From: Hypanus sabinus
Lineage: Eukaryota
Reading direction: 5' to 3'
Length of the DNA stretch: 64,000 nucleotides
Assembly (NCBI RefSeq): GCF_030144855.1
Contig: NC_082731.1
Span: 22,258,001-22,322,000 of the forward strand
A program made the translations under genes and the position numbers. A model generated the notes under the pieces. The model was not told the origin of the DNA. It worked only from the letters and a program-made list of their open reading frames with translations, and ran no database searches. Positions 1 to 12,127 of the stretch are shown here, piece by piece; position 1 is the first letter of the stretch; each line of letters begins with the position of its first letter.

Positions 1-470
1 TGTGCTTTGTTAATTGGGAAGTCCAGCAGAGTTCTGTACATCTTTCACATATTTTACCTTAAACGGTGAGCAGGAGCCTTCTTCCAAAGGATTTGAATAC
101 CAACTGAAATCTAGCAAAAAGCTTTCTGACACTAAAGTCACTCTTTTAGAAATGTGTTTTGGCTAGGTGCATGTTAGGTGTAATGGCATTTGTCACAGAG
201 CCTTAGACTTATAAACAGTATAAAGTCAAAGGAGTCATAATTTACCTCACCGTTTACACCTGCACCCTGATCAAGGTCCTGCACACACCAGGATGAATGC
301 AGATACCTACACTTCGCTTTGCTTTGATATCGTGTTTACATGCAACATGTTTGCTGACAGCTCATCACGCAATCTCAATACGTCTAACTGAACAAGTTAC
401 CTTTGATGATTCATCCTGAATACATGACCTCTGGTTATATTCCTATCCAAGCTCAGTAAAAAAAAAGTCA

Positions 471-474
<4 letters not shown>

Positions 475-542
<68 letters not shown>
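475..542. repeat. Compound microsatellite (AC)n followed by (AT)n
   Basis: Direct reading: an AC run from 475 to about 507, then an AT run to 542. Confidence 0.97.
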
Positions 543-544
<2 letters not shown>

Positions 545-929
545 TTATTTTGTATACCTTTGTGAAAACTCGTCTGATATCGTTAATTCTGAATAATGAA
601 GTCGTAACCAATTAGTCTTCCCCACATAACGCAGGTCTACCAGAACGGAAGGTATTCTTCTAAATATTCGCTGAATTATTTCAACATTATTTAAACCATT
701 CCCGCAGGTAGCTGACCAGAACTGCACACAACAAGGCAAATTAGTCCTCAGTAACGCCTTAAACAGCTACAAAGTACCATTCCTCTCAGATTCATGTATT
801 TTTGAAAACTATTATTTTATGCCAAAATCTTAGGTTAAGTCCCAATATACATGTGATACCACTTAAAAAAAAAACAGGTATATTCCCAGATTCTTTTTTT
901 CAATCAAATTTCTCAGTTCCCTTACATTC

Positions 930-1520
930 ATCGTGAAAGATTTCCTTGGTTTGTCTTAACGAACTGCAGCACAACACACCTGTCTATCATTTTTCTTACT
1001 AGTTTTCTAGCTCTATACAATTCTCCTTCCAATCCATTTTAAACTTCAACGTTGAGAATTAGACCCCAGTCTTGCAGTCATCTGCAAATCGTATTGTCGA
1101 ATAAACCACATTTGTCCACCAGATCGTGTTCACAGGTTAGACACAGCATCTTAGCGGTACTCTAATAGTCGCATGGTTCCCGTCAGACCGGTCATTCTAA
1201 TATCACAAACGCAAGGTCTTATCCAATTTTATACGACCGTACCTTCTTGTCCGACTTCTAAGCGGGCCTCTTTCAACGGCCTTGCCAAAGAGTATTCAGA
1301 CAACTATCACCGAATTCCCTTCATTCATTTTCCTGGTTTCCTCCTTGAAAAACTGTATACGATTGGAGGACATGAGAAACAACGAACTAAGCCGAACACG
1401 TTGAATACTTTCCAAGGTAGAGCGATTCTATTGTCCAAAATTATGGTTAATGCCCAGTGTGGCCAACCATTTAAAGCTGTTCATAGTGACTTGTGTCAAT
1501 GCTGCCGGGCTGTAGTCGTT
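930..1520 (-). mobile_element. Decayed CR1-type LINE reverse transcriptase fragment
   Basis: Minus strand gives broken RT motifs (FFKEETRK..EG, SLARP for KAFDKVP, RFADDCK for KFADDTK, CVVLQF..TN). Many stops and frameshifts; ends approximate. Confidence 0.7.
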
Positions 1521-3299
1521 TAATCCTTCACCTTCAAGATTTAGAGTTCTTTATTACTGGTATGAAGGCGGATGATCAGAAACCTGAATGAATGAAGTGC
1601 TGAAAATGTCCGTTGAGTCATCAATGAGAACGTGTGCACATACCTTGATACGTCACCTGAGATGTGTTCTTTCGGTCTCATAACTGGAGAGAGTGATATG
1701 ACTCACATTCCTTCTCAGCGTTACAGACATGAAGGCAGCGTTGCGGGATTTTAGCATGGAATGTACTCGCTGTTCACCCACGGTTTTGTCTGATCCATGA
1801 GACAAAGTTTTCGAGGAACCAGCATATTCTGCAAGCTTCTTCGTAGTCTGTGACAGATGAAACATATTCTTCGATTTCCGAGGCTTCTCTTATTATGGCT
1901 GCCTTCAAGCTCACCTGCAAATTAGTTCGTTTACATCATACCTGAATGATTAAACTGGGTGTAATTATTCTGATTATGTTTGTTTTCTCCTCTGCAGCCA
2001 CACACTATTTTAAAGTTTTGTTCCCTTGTTCTTCGGCAGGGTAGGTCCTGTGAAGATCAAATTTTGCAACTCCCGGAGTCATTTTATCTCTTGCACATTG
2101 TGATCCCTATGACAGAGTGCACATGAAAGATACGGAACTAAGATCGCTAGTGACACTTAGTTCGTCCTACCTTTTTAATTCTGAGAGGCGACGTACTGTT
2201 TCTACGGGCATTCAGTTCATGAAGGTACTGTAACCGCGGCTATATCGTCAGCGCTGAAATCTGTGTTTCCCGTCAATGCGTACAAAGCAGACATAATTCA
2301 ACTCCTTAACTCACCAACTGCAGTTCAGTATTGCAGGATATTATTTTTTTCACATTTAGTTCCGTATTTCCCCGGATCACTGAATTTGGAATTGTCAAGT
2401 TCTCGAAACAGAAATGAAAATATGCTATGGTTGCTTTATAACAATGGAAGGACACGGAATTGTTACACTTTGACTCCTATGTTCATTTTGCTAGGGGTTA
2501 AACTAGTTGAAGGCAAAAGCCATCTTCCTATCTGGATTTTCATTTTTATACCAGCGAGATCAATGTTTCCAATTCAGTACAGACCAACAAAAGCGCTCTC
2601 ATACTTGCCAATATCCCTCTTACAAATGGCTCGAGTAAAACATGAGGACCAATTGCGAACATGGGAAAAAGGCTCTTATGTTAGGTTATTATTTTTCTTT
2701 AAACCTACTTCAGACGTTATCTAAATGTATTCTAGTAGCTTCAAAATCAATGTCAACCTCGAGATTGATGATTTTTAGCATGAATTGAAATATCTGAACC
2801 ATGTTATGACAGCAGAAGTCTTAACTTCCCACTAGTAAGAATGTCCAATTCATTTCTGATTTTTGTGACTATACAGTTTACTGCACTGCCGACTCTTTCA
2901 AAAATGTCGGACTCAATGCCATCGCTCATTTCCTCAAGGCCACGAACTATTATTACTAAAAAATAATTGAATTTAGTAAAGATTCTGTAACTAGTGGGGA
3001 GCACTTCTGATACTGGAGTCATCATTTGTATTGCACCAAATGCATTAGTTTTCCCACACTTCCTCCGGAGTGGAAGGGAATGGGAAAGTTTAGAAGGTAA
3101 ATGTGAGAAGAAGTAGGATATCGAGGGTGGGAAACGACGCCGGGTGTCGTGAAGGAAGGGTGGTGCAGGAAATGCCATTAATTCAGCAGTTGGGAGATCG
3201 CAGGTGGAGAAGCTTAACTGTTGAAGTAAATGGAAGAAAACAGATAAGCAAGGCAGCGATAGGAACAGTGAGGTTAGAAAACGTTTAATTCGAGTAAGG

Positions 3300-5340
3300 G
3301 TAATTACGGTCTTACAGGAAGGACATTGTAATCAAAAATTGGATACATAGTTTCTCAGGGAAAGGTACGGAAAAATGCGGCAAATGTTCAGTGAATATTT
3401 ATGTGGAGTTCCAATGGGACTGAGTTTTTTGGTATGGTACAGGATCCGTGGTGTACAAAGGCTGTAATAAATCTAGTCAAGAATAAAATAAATGCATACG
3501 CATGGTTTAAACAGCTAGGAAATGTTAGTCATCCAGAGGATTATCAGGTTAACAGGAAGGAGCTTAAGAAGGAAATCAGGAGAGCCAGAAGGGGCCATCA
3601 GAAGACCTTGGTGGGCAGGATTAAGGAAAACCCGAATAATTTCTACAAGCATGTGAAGTGCAAAACGATAACACCTGAAAGAATAGGACCCATCAAGTGT
3701 GACAATGGGAAATTGTGTATGGAACCCAAGGAAAAAGCAGAGGTGCTTATTTAGTACTTTGCTTCAGTATTCACTATGGCATAGGATCTTGGTGATAGTA
3801 GTGATGACTTTCAGCAGACTGAAATGCTTAAGAATGCATTTCTTAATGCATTTCTTAATTAAGAAAGTGAATGTGCTGGAGGTTTTGGCAAACTTCTACT
3901 TGAATAATCTGCCGGAACCGGATGAGATATACCCCAGGCTACTGTGGGATGCGAGGGAGGAGACTCCTGAGCCTCCAACTTAGATTTTTTCATCATCAAT
4001 GGGGACGGGGGAGGTTCTGCTAGATTTGAGGGTTGGGAATGTTGCTCCTTTATTCAAGAAAGGGAGATGAGATAGAACAGGAAATTATTGACCAGAACGT
4101 CTTACCTCAGTGGTTGGTAGATTGATGGAGAAAATCCGGAGAGGCAGAATTTATGAGCACATTAAGACGTTTAACATTGTCAGAATCATCAGCATGGCTT
4201 TGTCAAGGGCATCTCGTGCCTTCAGCGCCTGGCTGAATCTTCTGGAGATGTGACTAAACACACTGATGAAGGTAGGGTAGTAGATGTAATGTATATGGAT
4301 TTCAGCCAGATATTTGATAATGTACCCAATGCAAGACTGATTGAGAAAGTAAGGAGGCATGCGATCAAACTGGTCTCTGCTTAGTGGATCCAGGACTGGC
4401 TTGCCCACAGAAGGCAAAGAGTGCTTGTAGACAGGTCATTTCCGCATGGAGGTTGGGTCCCAGTGTACTGTTTCAGGGATTTGTTCTGGGACTTTTACTC
4501 TTCGCAATTTTAATAAATGACCTGGATGAGGAAGTAGAGGGATGTCGTGGTAAGTCTGCATATGCCACAGGTGTTGGACGTGTTCTGGATATTAGGGAGG
4601 GCTATCAGAGGTTACAGCGGGACAATGATAGAATGCAAAACTGGGCTGAGAAGTGACAACTGGATTTCAATCCATGTAAGTGTGAAATGCTTCATTTTGG
4701 TAGGTCAAATATGATGGCAGAATATAGTGTTAATAGTTAGACTCTTGACAGGGTTCAGAATTAAAGGGATCTTAAGGGTCCGAGTCCATAGGACGCTCAA
4801 AGCAGCTGAGCAAGTTGTCTTTGTGGTTCAAAAAACGTATGGTGAATTGGCCCTCATCAATCGTGGAACTAAATTTAGGAGCCGAAAGGTATTGTTGCAG
4901 CTATATGGGACTCTGTCAGACCTCACTAAAGAAAAGATGTGGACACCATAGCAAGCGTGCAGAGGAGATGTACAAGGATGTTGTCTGGATTGGGGAGCAT
5001 GCCTTATGAGAAAAGGCTATGTAAACTCGGCCTTTTCTCCATGGAGCGAATTATGTTGAGAGGTGACCTGATAGATATGTGTAAGACGATGATTGTGCGG
5101 ATTGTCAGACTCTTTTTTTTCTCCAGGTTTGAATTGGTTGCCACAGGAGGACACAGGTTTAACGTGCTGGGGAGTAGGTATAGAGGAAATGTCAGGGGTA
5201 AGATTTTTACTCATAGAGTCGTGAGAGCGTGGAATGGGCTGCCGGCAACGTTGTTGGAAGCGAATACAATAGGGTATTTTAAAAGACTTTCGGATAGGTA
5301 CATGGTGCTTAGTAAAATACAATTTTTTAAGTAAGACTAG
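3300..5340 (+). mobile_element. CR1-type LINE ORF2 remnant (linker, RT, C-terminus)
   Basis: ORF fragments KELKKEIRRARRGH..NFYKHVK, PEPDEIYPRLLW, VLFQGFVLGLLLFAILINDLDE, LQRDNDRMQNWAEK, VQRRCTRML..LGLFSMER..LRGDLI, FTHRVVRAWNGLP. Frameshifted. Confidence 0.92.
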
Positions 5341-5399
5341 TAATTTGTCCGGTAGTGACAGGTCCTGTATAGTGCTTTGGATTTTCTATGTTTCTAATT

Positions 5400-5900
5400 T
5401 TCAAAAGTATTATGGAACATCACTGACACCCGAGAGGCATGATAGGCAAGTGAGGAGAGGAAAAGGGCAATGCATGAAAGCTTGAACTTGGGGCTGGCTT
5501 TTGAGAGATAGGTTCTTTAAGTATTTGCGGGAAACTGGAGAAGTCAATGTACATGACATCATGATAGACGCTACCCTAATCGAATGTTGGGTGTGGCCTT
5601 GCGTTTGCAGAAGTACAGGGCATGGTCGACATCTTGAACGGAATTTGGTAGTGAACTTAAAATGGCAGTAATATATTGAGATCTTTGCTGCTGTAGGTAG
5701 ATCGGATTTTCACGACCAAGTTTCCCCACAATCTACGTTCTGTGTACACCGTGCCAGAAACACTGTATATAGTGAATAACAGAAAGGGCATGGATGGAAA
5801 TTTCGACAATTTGGGCTCAGGGAGCCTGATACGCTATTTCATGATGGCTGATTCATTTTACTTATCGGTACCAATCACCCGTCTTCTCCCCTTATCGCTT
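5400..5900 (-). mobile_element. Possible Penelope-like element relic
   Basis: Purine-rich sequence resembling the internal part of the 45040-45750 element. No clear protein motif recovered. Confidence 0.3.
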
Positions 5901-6119
5901 TAGACTGAGCAATCAACAATCCATCAAACTACGACTTAAATATTGATGCAGATTTGGCCTACGAGGCTTCCACATATTCCCCAATCCCGGGATAAAGAAA
6001 TCCTTCCATTTCTCCCTTCTAAAAGACGCCCATGTATTTTGAGTCTCTGTCTCATTTCTACATTCGTCCAATAATCTCTTTTTTAACATCAGACACATCT
6101 TCCACATAACCAGTTAACC

Positions 6120-7190
6120 ATATAAAAATAACAGCACGGAGAAAGACCATGTCGGCCCTGGTAGTCCGTGCTGAACGCTTACGCCTACCTAGTCCCACAG
6201 ATCTGCACTCAGCCCATAACCCTCCATTTCTGTCCTGTCCATATATATAGCCAATTGTTTTTTTTTCTTCTTTTTTATGGTAAAATCGACGCTGCATCTA
6301 CCACTTCTATTGGAAACTCGTTCGACACAGCTACCACTCTCTGAGTAAAGATGTTCCACTTCGTGTTATCCATAAACGTTTAGCTCCGTACTCTCAACTA
6401 ATGAGAGATCTGATTTGTTCAACGTTTCTCTATAACTTAGGTGCTGAAACCAGGGTAACATTCCAATAAATCTCATTTGTACTCTATATATTGTTGACAT
6501 CTTTCCTATAATTCGGTGACCAAAACTGCACACAATATTCCACATTTGGTCTCACAAATGCCTTGTACAATTTTAGCATTACATCCCAACTCTTAACCTC
6601 AATGTCTACGTACACAATGCTTGAAGAACTCAGCAGGTCAGGCAACATCCTTGTTATGCTCAATGCTCTGATTTATAAAAACTTTCTTCACCACACTATC
6701 AACATGAGATTCCACCTTCGGGGAACGGTGCACCATTATTCCTAGATCAGTCTCTTCTACTGCATTCCTCAATGTCCTACTATTTACCACATATGTCCTA
6801 TTTTGATTAGTCCTACCAAAATTTAGCACGTCACACATAGCAGCATTAAACTCCGCCATTTTTCAACTCACTCTTCTAAGTGGCCTAAATCTGTCTGCAA
6901 GTTTTGGAAACCTATTGCATTATCCACAACGCCACCTACCTTAGTAACATCTGCATACTTACTAATCCAAATTAGCACTCCATCATCCAGAGCTTTAATG
7001 CATATGACAAAAATCATTGGACCCAGCACAGGTCCTTGAGGCACATCATTAGTTACCGGCCTGCAACCTGAAAAACAGTTATCCACCACTACACTCTGGC
7101 ATCATCCATCCAGCCACTGTTGAATCCATTTTACGACTTCAATATTAATACCTAACGATTGACTCTTCCTAACAAAGCTTCCGGGGTTCC
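6120..7190 (-). mobile_element. CR1-type LINE 3' part (RT end and 3' UTR)
   Basis: ORFs 6868-7089 (VPQGPVLGPMIF..ISKYADVTKVGG..LQTDLGHL) and 6638-6859 (FNAAMCDVLNFGRTN..ETDLGIMVH). Confidence 0.9.
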
Positions 7191-9204
7191 TTCATAATGT
7201 ACGCTAACTTTCTGAGACACCGTTCAGAATGCATTAATATTTATGATAATGTCTAACGCACTAACGTTCCACAGAGCTCCAAGGACGGAGATCTCACCTT
7301 CCGGGCTTCATGCAAATTAACAAACTTATGTTACTCGTGGTACAGATACGGTTACTGTAACGTCAACGCTGCTCACATTGATCATATCCGGTTGAAATTA
7401 CACAAGCTATAATGAATTAAAACAGCTGACTTCTACATTAAGTTTATTAATTATGTAATTTCAAACGTAATTGTTCAGCCATATGCATTCATTGCTCTGC
7501 AAACTCAATCACACGCTTAAATTTATCTCTATAACATTCGACCCTATCTGTTTCATATTACAATGTCGTCATGCCTACTTGAACAAACAAGAATCTAACT
7601 GCAGCATTCCTTTATGAAACGGATGACAATGTTTGAGTCATGGAAGGAGCATAAACCAATAACCCCTACACAAATATAAGATTACAGCCGTCAGCATTGT
7701 CAGTATTCCACCAGGGAATTGACTTTAAATAATAATCATCTTCCCCCCACAAAATTGATTTCTTCTTATCACATTTTTTTTTTTGTAGCCGCAGTGTGTG
7801 CAGAGAAATGACTGCCGTTATTGCAGAAAGCCGACAATCTCACATGTAGACACTGGCGCAAGAATTCATTTGAAGGAAATTCCGAAAGACTATCAGTGAT
7901 AGACCGAGCAACACAGAGAGTTGAATTATTCCCGAAACAAATGGAGTTACAATCAGCTGTCGTTGGATTCCGCTTTAAATAAACATAGAAAGTCAAAATA
8001 AATAGACGATTGTAAACATGAAGCGCAGGGTTTAATGACTTTAGGTAAGCCAACAATTTGCAAATACATTACACAATACTACAGGGCTGATTAATTTAGG
8101 TATCAGGCTGTAATTCACGAAGCAAAATATCTTCACTAACCTGAGAACAATTTTCTGGTAGTATTGTCGAAGATAATTTTACTGAAAAGTATCTTTGTTA
8201 AAACTTTAGAACACCCTTTCGAAATTGCAGTAGTCCATGTCCATATTATAGCATCTCCAATAATCTGAAGACAATTGTTCATTTACATAACAAATATTAT
8301 GTAATTTCAGCACGAACTCTACACAGAATATTACAGTGTACGTAGCACGATATTTAGACTGCTCACACGAATGACACGATGGCCGGCCTTCCCAGTAACC
8401 TATAATATATCAAGAAAAATATTTATCTCTTCATGTTACACAAGCCCCGTTAAATTGTCTCCCATGCTTCTTTTACTCGTCAGTCAGACTCTTTTTGAAC
8501 GGTGTTATGAGTGATATCAATGTAATTTCCTGAAAAGTGAGATGCCAGCTGTGCAACTGTGTAGCTCTGTAAACTACATCCTGCTCGATTGGTTTGGTAG
8601 GTATAGTAGCACTATCAAGGATGAGCAGCAAATTAAAATTAAATTTCGTTCTGTACCAGTGCAACCATCTGCTTGTTATTTCAGAAGTTTCAAAGGTCCG
8701 GTTGGTGAAAGAGAAATGTATATGATATACATCCTAAAATTCTTGTTTCTTCGTGATCAACCACGAAATCAGAGGAGGGTCCTCCAAGAATGACTGACAG
8801 TTAAAGGTTGACAGCTAAAGGTTAGAACGCCAAAGTATCTTCCAGCTCCCCTCCTTATTTCCCTTGAGCGGCAACAAACAACAATTTCACCAACTCCCTA
8901 TTGGTGATCGTGTTGTAAAATTCCGGCAAAATTAGATTGCAGTTACCTTGTACTCCACAGAAGGGCATGGCGATTTAGCTCTGAGGTTGTTATTTCTTCT
9001 GTCGTGTGAATGACTATAGACGGGATTTTGACGGTCAGCTGCCCAATGGAACAGTTTGCTGAGTAATGTGCTGAGGGCGATTTAATCAGCTGGATAATAA
9101 TCTCAGGAAATATATTCCTATTTGAGTGCATATCGGGACGACCAATGACCTGCTGCTGCGCAGACAGCGACGGTTACACTTAGCTACCACTAGAGAACGC
9201 AAGT

Positions 9205-9243
9205 AGTTATTGTACAGGTTCAGAATATTTCTGTACCCCTGTG
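9205..9243 (-). other. Recombination signal sequence, 23-bp spacer (V1)
   Basis: Minus strand CACAGGG GTACAGAAATATTCTGAACCTGT ACAATAACT directly after the V coding end; spacer counted as 23. Confidence 0.92.
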
Positions 9244-9547
9244 GGACTCAGAGCACTGTAATACATGGCAGTGTCTTCTAGTTTTGTTTCGGATACTGTC
9301 ATCGGGACCGTTCGACTTGAATCATTCAAGTGCGCTGTGAACCGTTGTCGGAAAATATTCTCTCGCTGGCTGCCGAATTTCGTAAGGCGCAACATAAACT
9401 CTAGTGAACCTCCGGGATACTGACGGTACCAGTACAAATAAGGGCTGGAGCTTGTTGTTGTATAGTTACAATTTAACACTGCAACGTCCCCTTCCGTGAC
9501 AGTAGTGACAGCAGCTGGCTGATAAACGGCATCACCTCCGCAATATC
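9244..9547 (-). pseudogene. TCR alpha/delta-type V exon V1, open frame but Cys104 replaced by Ser
   Basis: Acceptor TGTGACAG|GA. Protein GYCGGDAVYQ..EGDVAVLNC..LYWYRQYPG..RFTA..EDTAMYYSALSP; AGT replaces TGT at 9255-9257. Confidence 0.88.
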
Positions 9548-10169
9548 CTGTCACAGAGCAAATATAAGTTCAGAATTGTAGTAAAAAATATCAATATTAT
9601 ACTCACATACTGACGAAACACACTCTGCTTCCTTTGTACTGTCTGGAGACGAGGGGTCCGGGTTACAATTTGAGGTAGATGTCTTACACCTGTATAAATA
9701 AGCAGGGGCTGCAGAACAGACTGATTGAAATTAACTTTTTGAGAAAAATTCCAATTGCCTGCATTAGCGATTTCTCATCCGCATTCCATCTCAGGAGGGA
9801 AGCGAAGACAACGCTTTCCCGCCAAATCCTGAATCCATTCGCCTGTTGTTGGACTGGAAATACTGATCAAACCTACTATTCCCACTTGCAGGAAATTTGA
9901 AGATATATTAATTTCGTACCTTCAAGTCCTTTCCTCTCATGGTCAATATTGCATTACTGCTATTCCGAAAAAAAAAATTGGTTTGCAAGGTCAGAAAAAA
10001 AAATGCTGATGTTGAAACTGATGAAAAACTTACCGATCAGAAGTGCTGCTGAAATAATAAACAGATACAGAACGAACATGTTTGTGATCTGTTCGGTGTG
10101 AATTTGTACTGAAAATATTTATTCTCAAAACATTTACATCACGGTATATAAAGAAGGTGGTCTTCGTTG

Positions 10170-10325
10170 TAAAGAAGCGATTGGTCTCATCCACGTTTGC
10201 TTCTCCAAGTCACCCAATCATCACACGTCCAATCATGTAGAACTTCTTAGTTCTTCAACACAGCCAATCAGCGGAAAGGTGGCAAATGGGGTCTAACCGG
10301 ATATAACTTACTTCCTCCGTTCAAA
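10170..10325. promoter_or_regulatory. Cluster of CCAAT boxes plus ETS-like motif (copies at about 24470-24630 and 37030-37190)
   Basis: ATTGG, several CCAATC and ACTTCC are present in all three units. Function inferred only from motif content. Confidence 0.35.
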
Positions 10326-11339
10326 AAGATTCAGCTGCAAGTAAACTTTAAGGCAAAAAGTTAGTATCAAAAATTACTTCACATGACATCGTTCAAAATA
10401 ATGGAGTTTTGGGGTTTTTCTTGTAAGTTCCAAAGAAAGAAGGTTGGTGGCGTCTCTTGGAGGAAAAAGAGCAGACTATGTTGAACAGCCAAACGGCACT
10501 GGTAAGGTTCTAGTTCATTCCACGTCGGGTTCAGATTGTCTGATTTTTTTCTTATTATAAAAAAATACTTGACCAAAAAATCATAAGAGATTTAGCATCC
10601 AAACAATCTACAGCAAATAACATTAACTTCAGCCCACCTTGACCAATCTGGCTTGTTTATATCATCCTATTCCAACGAGATCTTCCTTTGTTCTGTATGA
10701 GCCCTCTATCCTTTTCAAAATTAACCAGCAACGTACAGAAATTGCCCAGATTTATATCACTGTCTGCGAGTTGAAGATATCAACCACAATTTTTGAGATA
10801 AAAAAAAAACATTGTGCAGTTCTTCTTCAACTTGATTCCTCGCAAATTCAAACAACAAATTCTCAAGTTTGCGTCAAGGCTTTGCCAGCATTGCGAATGT
10901 AATTCCTACGTCATTTACTTTTTGCATTTTAATTGATATACTTCCCAGTGTTTAGAATACACATCCAGTCGTTGCAGGCAAGTAGAACCAATCGTCAAAT
11001 CTTCAAATCGTGACAACAGTGTTGTGACTCCATGTGTACAGAGACAGGTAAGTCCTGGCAACGGTGCATTCTGCTTGCCACAACTGGATCGCAAGTGTCT
11101 GCAGGTTTATAAGATTAGTAGTTAAATCATGAATTCACTGTGGCTGTAACGTTGCACATAATTATCCCATGAATAAACAATTTGCTGTTTTATAATCCAG
11201 TCTTGTGTACCTGGTTTCTTCTTTTATGTTACAGCTAAGGCTAATAAAATGGCCTCACCGTAATATTATCTGCTGAGGCAATGGTTCTCTGTAGCAGCAT
11301 ATTTGTGCCATAATTACTGATAAAGACCATTGTACTAAT

Positions 11340-11873
11340 TTCAAACCGAATTGGGATAGTTGTTATTCTTTCTTGTGTGGGAACGCTATTATTTGTCGCG
11401 GGCTTTGTGAGAAGTAGCGATGGGATCTGAGAGAGGACACGCGATTCTGTAAGCTGTGCGACGGAACGGACCCCGAGAGGGAGTCCGAGGCACACGGTCT
11501 TCGGCGAGGAGAAGAGTCAGACAGACAGGAGTCGGGCGTTTGGTCGATAACCAAGGGTGGTCCAATTCGTGTTTCGGCGGAGATCGGAGGACATCGACTG
11601 GAGCAAGGGGGACCCGGTGCTGTAAGAGCGCCAATGGCGTGTGCACAAACTGGTTAATAATAATGGTGTTTTTTTTACAGTTAAACATTTCTTATTTTGT
11701 TCCTTTACTATCTATGTAGTCAACGTAAGAGTTATATAGTGTAATCATTTAATCGCATATGGTGTATCGTCTGTTATTTGTCGTGGTGGGCTGCATCAGA
11801 CAGCATCTACAGAAACTCGATTAACTTACGAAATCGAGGGTAGCGACCCTGAGGCATACCAAGTGGCTGCACA
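11340..11873 (+). mobile_element. LTR of an old Gypsy-type element (unit A copy)
   Basis: GC-rich block then AT-rich block ending ..GCTGCACA/GCTACA followed by a TGG-like PBS position. Homologous to about 31770-32336 and 38250-38809. 5' end uncertain. Confidence 0.6.
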
Positions 11874-12127
11874 TGGATATTTGAAATAAGTAATTTACAC
11901 AGTAAGCTGATGTTTAATGGTGTCAATATAGTGTTGTCATTGTATCTTCGTCGATCCGACTCCTGAAATTTCCATTGAGTCTTCGCTACAACATTCTAAC
12001 AAAATAAAATGCTAGACACAATCTTCATCAACATTGATACTCTTAATACTCGTACATTTATCAAGCCGGGTAGGAGAACGAGAGTTTTAATGAGATATTA
12101 TATAAAAATGAGACCGGAAATATCACA

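Noticed and set aside
7769-8056. Minus-strand TAV(Y)FSA followed by CACACTG, suggesting a V 3' end
   Set aside because: No nonamer, no FR1/FR2 motifs upstream, and it needs several ad hoc indels.
10639-10902. Plus-strand ORFs recurring in all three units (also 24994-25254 and 37557-37775)
   Set aside because: Frames shift between copies and there is no recognisable domain; recurrence is explained by the duplication.
9700-11100. D segments with 12-bp RSS between the orphan RSS and the J-like segment
   Set aside because: Only partial heptamers (AACAGTG, CACTGTC) without nonamers were seen, so none can be supported.
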